From positions 96,001 through 160,000 of the forward strand of contig CAWEZH010000002.1 in the NCBI GenBank assembly GCA_963813535.1: 64,000 nucleotides of DNA. The letters run 5' to 3'. The translations under genes and the position numbers were made by a program. Positions within the stretch are counted from its first letter, which is position 1. Each line of letters opens with the position of its first letter. Origin of the DNA: an uncultured Chloroflexia bacterium. GTDB taxonomy: Bacteria; Chloroflexota; Limnocylindria; Limnocylindrales; CSP1-4. The notes below the pieces were generated by a model. The model saw only the letters and a list, made by a program, of their open reading frames with translations. It did not search any database and was not told the DNA's origin. This document shows positions 58,494 through 64,000 of the stretch, piece by piece.

Positions 58494-59386
58494 CCGCGAC
58501 CGGCTGTTGGGCGAGCTGCTGGTCGAGGGCCACGGCCGCATCGACGATCCTGTCCGGCAGTCGTAGGACCGAGGCCGGCAGGTCGGCATGGGCCACTCCG
58601 GCCCCGCCGGCGGCGACCAGCACGCCTCGCAGGTCGCCCACCGCTTCCGCGACGCCCAGCGCTGTCGCCCCGTCGTCGAGGGTGGGGATCCCGACCACCA
58701 CGCCACGTGCCCCGGTCACCTGGGCCGCATCGATCCAGCTCGTCTCGGGCACATCGGCTCCGAGATACACGACGCCGATCCCGCGCCGCCGGGCAGCCGT
58801 CGCGAACGCAAGCGCACCGAGCTCGTGCCGGCTCCCCGGTGGGAGGCCGACAAGGACGGGATATTCGACATCGAGCCGGGCAGCTGCCTCGAACGCGGCC
58901 GACAACCGGCGAAGCGTCGCGTGGCTGGCGGCATGCTCCGCAGCGACCGACACGCTGCCCGCCGCCCAGGCCTCGCCGAGCGCGCGGAGCGCGGGCATGA
59001 CCCGCTCGTCGATGACTCGCTCGAACGAGCCGGCTGCGAAGAGCTCATCAAGGACGGCCTCGACACGGCCCTCGTCCAGGGCAGCCGCCGCGGCCACGAA
59101 TGCCGCAGAAAGCTCGGCCGCGGAGATGTCATAAGGCCTCGCCTGGGTCGGGGCAGGAGAGGCAGGGACGCCGTTCGTCTCGATCTGGTGCGCGGCCTGG
59201 CTCGCTGACCAGCCCGAGTCGATGAGCGAGCGCATGGCCCGCAGGCGGTCGATCGTCGCGTCGTCATACAGGCGATAGCCGGACGGAGGTTCGCTCCGGC
59301 CGGACGATGCCGTAGCGCCGCTCCCAGGCGCGCAGCACCTCGACGCTGACACCCGCGCGTGACGCGGCTTCCCTGATGGTGTACAT
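58483..59386 (-). CDS. MerR-HTH / B12-binding regulator (CarH/LitR-like), +1 frameshift near 59288
   Basis: [11 protein letters not shown]...[12 protein letters not shown], then SGYRLY in the next frame; W-x9-EH; RHELG; YLGADVP. Confidence 0.9.
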
Positions 59387-59412
59387 GGTCTGTCGAGGAT
59401 ATCACGTCGAAA

Positions 59413-59476
59413 AGCCTTGACAAGCCTTACCTGCGCAGGGTAAAGTCTCGACGAACCCTATACACAGGGTAAACAG
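59413..59476 (+). promoter_or_regulatory. DUF378 promoter with CarH-type direct repeats
   Basis: TTGACA (59417)-N18-TAAAGT (59441); TCGACG, TATACA, TAAACA at 59448, 59459, 59470 (11-bp phase). Confidence 0.68.
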
Positions 59477-59515
59477 CAGCAGGCCCGGGGTACCGGGCGC
59501 AGCAGGAGTGGAGAC

Positions 59516-59767
59516 ATGCAGTATCTCAAGGCCCTCGCCCTTCTTCTCGTCATCGTCGGCGGTCTGAACTGGCTTCTTGTCGGGATCGCCCAGTTCGATC
59601 TTGTCGCAGCCATCACCGGAGCGACGTTCGGTGAGACCAACGCCATCTCGTCGGTGATCTACGTCCTCGTGGGCATCTCGGCCATCGCCCTGATCCCGAC
59701 CTTGTTCGAGTGGGTGACCGCGGACGCATCGGCGCGTTCGGACGCAACGGTGACCACCGCCCGCTGA
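59516..59767 (+). CDS. DUF378 domain membrane protein
   Basis: LVIVGGLNWLLVG..FDLVA.I.G....S.VIYVLVG.SA. Confidence 0.93.
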   Translation: MQYLKALALLLVIVGGLNWLLVGIAQFDLVAAITGATFGETNAISSVIYVLVGISAIALIPTLFEWVTADASARSDATVTTAR

Positions 59768-59801
59768 ACCATGTTCGCGTCATCCCGACGCGCCTCTTCC
59801 C

Positions 59802-59841
59802 AACGACCCGCGGGTTCGCTCACCCGCGGGTCGTTTCCTTT
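59802..59841 (+). terminator. intrinsic terminator after DUF378
   Basis: AACGACCCGCGGGT-TCGCTC-ACCCGCGGGTCGTT followed by TCCTTT. Confidence 0.8.
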
Positions 59842-59914
59842 CCAGGTATATGCGGTTGCAACGTCGGCGGGGCTACGGTGGTCGGGCCCGGACACCACGC
59901 ACCGAGGAACCGTC

Positions 59915-60865
59915 ATGACATCGACCCTACGACGCCTCGCCATGCTCGTCGCGCTGGCGATGGGCCTGTCGTTGGCCCTCGCGCCGGCCGTCGCCGCGCA
60001 CGATGGCCACGACACCGACGATCTCCCCGCCCGCATCGACCTGCCCGATGGCTGGCAGCCCGAAGGCATCGAGTCGTGGGGCAAGTGGCTGTACGCCGGG
60101 TCGCTGGCGAACGGCGCCATCTGGCGCGCGAATGCCAGGACCGGGGAGGGGCAGATCCTCGTTCCGGGCCAGACCGGCAAGGTGGCGGTCGGCCTGCACA
60201 TCGACCGCTGGGGTCGGCTGTGGGTCGCCGGCGGCCCGACCGGTGAGGTCCGGGTCTACAACGCCCGGAACGGGAAGCTGCTGCAGACCTACACGTTCAC
60301 CGGCACGGGCTTCCTGAACGATCTCGACATCGCCCGCAACGCTGTCTACGTCACAGACTCGATGAACCGCCACCTGGCGGTCATCCCGTTGCGCAGCCAT
60401 GGTCGACTGCCGGCTCCCTCGAAGGCGCATCTGATGCGGCTGAAGGGCGACTTCAAGCTCGAGCCCGGCTTCAACCTGAACGGCATCGCGAGCCGTGCTG
60501 GCTGGCTCGTCACGGTCCAGTCGGGGACGGGGTTCCTGTTCCGTGTCAACCCGCGCAGCGGTGTCACGAAGCGGATCGACACCGGTGGCTACCTCGTGAC
60601 CAACGGCGACGGCCTCGATTTCCGTGGCCGGACCCTGTACGTCGTCCGCAACTTCTCGAACCTGGTCGCGGTGCTTCGGGTCTCGAAGAACCTGCGGCAC
60701 GCCCGACTCCAGGGTGAGATCAAGCCGGCGACGCCGAGCGTGGTCGACGTGCCGACGACGGCGACGACCACACTGGGCGCCCTATGGGTGGTCAACTCCC
60801 GGTTCGCGACGACGCCCGGCCCGGACGTCGACTACTGGATCACGCGGTTGCCATTGCGTCCGTAG
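59915..60865 (+). CDS. secreted SMP-30/gluconolactonase-like beta-propeller protein
   Basis: Signal peptide, QPEGI, FLND, YVTDS, NGI, GDG motifs. Confidence 0.8.
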   Translation: MTSTLRRLAMLVALAMGLSLALAPAVAAHDGHDTDDLPARIDLPDGWQPEGIESWGKWLYAGSLANGAIWRANARTGEGQILVPGQTGKVAVGLHIDRWGRLWVAGGPTGEVRVYNARNGKLLQTYTFTGTGFLNDLDIARNAVYVTDSMNRHLAVIPLRSHGRLPAPSKAHLMRLKGDFKLEPGFNLNGIASRAGWLVTVQSGTGFLFRVNPRSGVTKRIDTGGYLVTNGDGLDFRGRTLYVVRNFSNLVAVLRVSKNLRHARLQGEIKPATPSVVDVPTTATTTLGALWVVNSRFATTPGPDVDYWITRLPLRP

Positions 60866-60901
60866 CTGCGCGTCCCTGCCGCGATTAGGCGGGGGCGCCG
60901 G

Positions 60902-60964
60902 GCGATGCACATTTCCCGGCGTCCCCGCGAAAGGTCATCGAGTGATGACCTTGGGCCACATCAG
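60902..60964. repeat. nested-palindrome repeat family, copy C (left arm only)
   Basis: GCGATGCACATTTCCCGG...GTGATGACCTTGGGCCACATCAG. Confidence 0.82.
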
Positions 60965-60987
60965 TGTCCGGGTGGCCGCGACCGGCG

Positions 60988-61893
60988 TCAGACCGGCGTG
61001 GCCTCGACCTCCGCGTCGGGCGCGACGACTCTCGGCCGCGATGCCAGGTGCTCGTGCCCGTAGCGGGCCGCGACGACCAGCGCCACGACCCAGGTCACCA
61101 GCGCGTAGAGGAACGACGCCGCACCGGTCGAGCCGATTGCTGCCGGCACGAACGCGCCGAAGTTCACAGCCGCGTGGAACAGGATGACCACGATGAGGCT
61201 GCCTCGCGTCTCGTTGAACAGCCACGTGCACAGGATCGACAAGCCGATCGTCCAGATGACGAACGCGACGATGGCGAACCCGAGCCCGGCTCCGGCGGCC
61301 GTTTCCTGCTGACCCGTGCCATGGACGAAGTAGAGCGGGATGTGCCACACCCCCCAGATCGATCCGAGGAGAACGCTCGCCTGGAACGCTGATCGCCGGG
61401 CCTGCAGCCGAGGTAGCGCGTAGCCGCGCCACCCGAGCTCCTCTTCGAGCGGTCCGCCCAAAAACACCACGCGAACGAACTCGATCATGAGGCTGCCAAG
61501 CACCGCCAGCGTGATGACAGGCATCGTCGCGCCGAAGGCGCCGACCGAGATCGCGATCGCGATGGCGACCATGCCGATGGGCAGGAGCAGGGCGATCAGC
61601 GTCCAAGTCAACGACACCCGACCGAGCGAGAAGCCGGCCAGCAGTCGCTGGAGTTCCCCTCCGCCGAGCGAGATCGCGAGGATCAGGGCCGCGATGCTGG
61701 GACCCGCGGTCGCGATGACGTTGAGGACGAGGCCCGTCGTGGTGGCGATGCTCACCGAGGTCGCCACCATGGCGGCCCAGATCACCCACGAGAATGCGAA
61801 CGTGAGCGCGAAGAACGCTCCGATCCCTCTGGTGATCAGTCCGACCCTCCCTCCTCGGTTGCGGGTCAGCGTACGCCTCCACGACAAGGCCAC
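60988..61893 (-). CDS. CPBP (CAAX/Abi) intramembrane metalloprotease (start uncertain)
   Basis: EEELGWRGY, WGVWHIP, FHAAVN, multiple TMs. Confidence 0.92.
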   Translation of the reverse strand: MALSWRRTLTRNRGGRVGLITRGIGAFFALTFAFSWVIWAAMVATSVSIATTTGLVLNVIATAGPSIAALILAISLGGGELQRLLAGFSLGRVSLTWTLIALLLPIGMVAIAIAISVGAFGATMPVITLAVLGSLMIEFVRVVFLGGPLEEELGWRGYALPRLQARRSAFQASVLLGSIWGVWHIPLYFVHGTGQQETAAGAGLGFAIVAFVIWTIGLSILCTWLFNETRGSLIVVILFHAAVNFGAFVPAAIGSTGAASFLYALVTWVVALVVAARYGHEHLASRPRVVAPDAEVEATPV

Positions 61894-61965
61894 AGACGCT
61901 GCAGATCGGTCGGCCTGCTAGCCTCGGCTGGTCGGCAGTGGGGGACTCGAGCGTGGAGGTTGCCC

Positions 61966-62727
61966 ATGGCCGCGATCCGCTCTGCCATCGCCAGGTGGCC
62001 GATCCCGGCCTACATCCTCGTGGCATTCGGCTTCAGCTGGGCGTTCACCTTCCTCGTGGCTCTGTCCGTCTTCTTCGGGCTGATCGCGCTGTTCGGACCC
62101 GCTCTCGCCGCGATCGTCGTGACGCGAGCCGAAGGCACGTTCGACGAGTTGCGGCAACGGATCGTCGACTGGCGGCAGCCGTGGGTCTGGTACGTCGCCG
62201 CGGTCGGCATCCCGTTCGGGGTCGCAGCCGCCGGCCGTGCAGTTCACGTTCTCTCGGGCGGCGCCCCACTCGGGATCGGCACGATCAGCGCGATCGAGAT
62301 CCTGATCTTCGTTCTGGTGATCGGCGAGGAGATCGGCTGGCGAGGGTTCTTGCAGCCCCGATTCCGGCGTCGGCTCAGCATCGCCTCGGCCGGCGCCGCG
62401 ACCGGCGTGATCTGGACGCTCTGGCACCTGCCGATCTATCTGCAACCCGGGGTCGGCTTGACGGCATTTGCCGTCTTCGCCTGGTGGGTGATCCCGCTGG
62501 CGATCGTGATGGGCTTCGTCGCCGAGCGGACTCGCTTCAGCGTCATCGTCGCGACCGTCATGCACGGTTCCGCGAACATCTCGATCCCGATCCTGCTTCC
62601 GGGGGTCGACCCCACGTGGACGCGGATCGTCACTGGGGCGATCTACTTGTTGGTCGCGACAGCGTTCGTCGTCTACGACGTGCGGCATCGACCAGCCGGC
62701 TCGCCGATCGGGGCATCGGCTGGCTGA
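61966..62727 (+). CDS. CPBP (CAAX/Abi) intramembrane metalloprotease
   Basis: GEEIGWRGF, WTLWHLP, MHGSAN; GGAGG RBS. Confidence 0.92.
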   Translation: MAAIRSAIARWPIPAYILVAFGFSWAFTFLVALSVFFGLIALFGPALAAIVVTRAEGTFDELRQRIVDWRQPWVWYVAAVGIPFGVAAAGRAVHVLSGGAPLGIGTISAIEILIFVLVIGEEIGWRGFLQPRFRRRLSIASAGAATGVIWTLWHLPIYLQPGVGLTAFAVFAWWVIPLAIVMGFVAERTRFSVIVATVMHGSANISIPILLPGVDPTWTRIVTGAIYLLVATAFVVYDVRHRPAGSPIGASAG

Positions 62728-62732
62728 CTTCC

Positions 62733-62892
62733 GATGACCTTGGGCCGCATCAGCGGCCAGCCCGGACGTGGCTTACCGCAGGCCTGCCAAGGGTCGTGCT
62801 AATGGGATTCGCCCGGATCCGGGCGTCTACCGATGCGGCCCAAAGTCATCAGCGAACGACCGTCCGCCCGGCGGGGCAGAAATGCGCATCAC
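62733..62892. repeat. nested-palindrome repeat family, copy D (inner left motif plus full right arm)
   Basis: GATGACCTTGGGCCGCATCAG...GATGCGGCCCAAAGTCATC...AGAAATGCGCATCAC. Confidence 0.85.
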
Positions 62893-62896
62893 ACGT

Positions 62897-63563
62897 CTAG
62901 CGCCGGCGCTCCAGGCCTTCAAGGATCAGGTCGAGGCTGAACTCGAACTCGGCGTCGTCGTCGCACGGGCCCAGCACGCCGCCGTGACGGACCGACATCG
63001 CCAGATCGGCGATGCGGGGGAAGCGGTCGGCCATCGCGTGCGCGAACGCGGCCGACTCCTCCGGTGATGGGGCGGGATCGGTCGAGTCCTCGAATGGATC
63101 CTGCGTGAACCCCAGGATGCGGCTGCCCAGCACGTGCAGCGCGTGGTGGGCCATCTCGACTGAGAACCCGCCGTCGGCGAGCTTCGCGAGGACCGACTCG
63201 ATGTAGGCGAGCATCGTCGCGCTGGTCGTCGTCCGATCGACGATGGCCCGCGGCGCCCACGTGTGGCGGAGCATGACCTGACGGGCGGCGATCGACTGCG
63301 CGCGGAGCGCAGGCCTCCAGTCGCCGTCCGAGCGCCGGGATGTCGATCTCGGCGATGACCGCGTCGACGATGCCGTCGAGGATGTCGTCCTTGTTCCGGA
63401 CGTGTCGATAGAGCGCCATCGCGTCGACGCTGAGCTCCTGGCCGAGCTTGCGCATGCTGAGGGCATCGATGCCGTCGCGGTCGGCGAGGTCGACGGCAGC
63501 CTGGAGCACGCGCTCCTTGGTCAAAGGCGTGCGGCGATCGGTGCTTGTGCTCGCCTCGGTCAC
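62897..63563 (-). CDS. TetR family regulator (TetR_C type), +1 frameshift near 63335
   Basis: LTKERVL.AA..LAD..GI.ALSMRKLG..L......LY.HV.NKD in one frame; DWR..LR...FEFSLDLIL.GL in the next. Confidence 0.92.
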
Positions 63564-63599
63564 GTTCACCTCTTGACGATGCCCCATCGGCCGCCTATT

Positions 63600-63626
63600 G
63601 TCTACACCGTAGTCTACGCCGTAGAC
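63600..63626. promoter_or_regulatory. two overlapping TetR operator palindromes
   Basis: GTCTAC-ACC-GTAGTC and GTCTAC-GCC-GTAGAC between divergent genes. Confidence 0.75.
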
Positions 63627-63653
63627 ACAAGTGTCAGCCCAGGAGGGACCCCG

Positions 63654-64000
63654 ATGTCGGAACAGACGATGCCCCGCCCCAAGATGCCGCCACGCTGGCT
63701 CATCAGGACGATCTGGGCCCTCCATCGAGCAGCCTACTCGCTCACCGGTGGCCGCTTCGGTCTGCGCACGCCACGACCCGACCGCTGGGGCACACTCCGG
63801 CTCAAGACTGTCGGCCGACGGAGTGGCAAGGAGCGCGTCGCGATCCTCGGCTTCATCGAGGTCGGCGGGAACCTCGTCACGCCGGCGATGAACGGCTGGG
63901 CCGACCCCGAGCCCGCCTGGCTACTCAACGTGCAGGCACATCCCGACACGACGGTCGAGCTGCCCGACGGCACCTCCCGCCAGGTGACCGCGCGAACCGC
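63654..64000 (+). CDS. deazaflavin(F420)-dependent nitroreductase/quinone reductase family protein (3'-truncated)
   Basis: Own translation: LRLKTVGRRSGKER...MNGWADPEPAWLLNVQAHP; AGGAGG RBS; missing from the ORF track because the stop lies outside the window. Confidence 0.85.
   Translation, partial: MSEQTMPRPKMPPRWLIRTIWALHRAAYSLTGGRFGLRTPRPDRWGTLRLKTVGRRSGKERVAILGFIEVGGNLVTPAMNGWADPEPAWLLNVQAHPDTTVELPDGTSRQVTART

Noticed and set aside
46139-62892. GATGAC-family repeats as a CRISPR array or integron attC sites
   Set aside because: Copies are dispersed and inverted rather than regularly spaced, lack RYYYAAC/GTTRRRY ends, and no cas or intI gene is present.

Overview
High-GC bacterial chromosome segment, most consistent with Chloroflexota (possibly Limnocylindria/Ellin6529; inferred from gene content and protein style, not from a search). 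About 1-31 kb is a housekeeping run on the + strand: rpsD-rpoA-rplQ-truA-rplM-rpsI, argF, TPR protein, cdaA-cdaR-glmM-glmS, acpS-nnrD-alr, macrodomain and GlmL-like cluster, tsaE-tsaB-rimI-tsaD-rsmA-ispE-ridA, glmU-hlyC, idsA (-), recO, glyQS. About 31-64 kb is a mosaic of small accessory modules (ECF sigma/anti-sigma, two PadR modules, STAND-LuxR, two-component system, CarH-like regulator, CPBP proteases, TetR) around ppdK, ndh and glpK. Eight genes carry ten frameshifts, all net single-base insertions, which points to sequencing error. I recognised no tRNA, rRNA, CRISPR array, integrase or transposase. Most notable signals: (1) an integrase-free 1.8 kb PadR module sitting between two versions of the 3' end of the ferredoxin-NADP reductase gene; (2) a family of ~150 bp nested-palindrome intergenic repeats at four sites, two of which bracket a divergent pair of CPBP genes; (3) an orphan GlmL-like ATPase cluster; (4) a CarH-like B12 regulator facing a lone DUF378 gene across 11-bp-phased TnnACA repeats; (5) a structured glmS leader partly resembling the glmS ribozyme.
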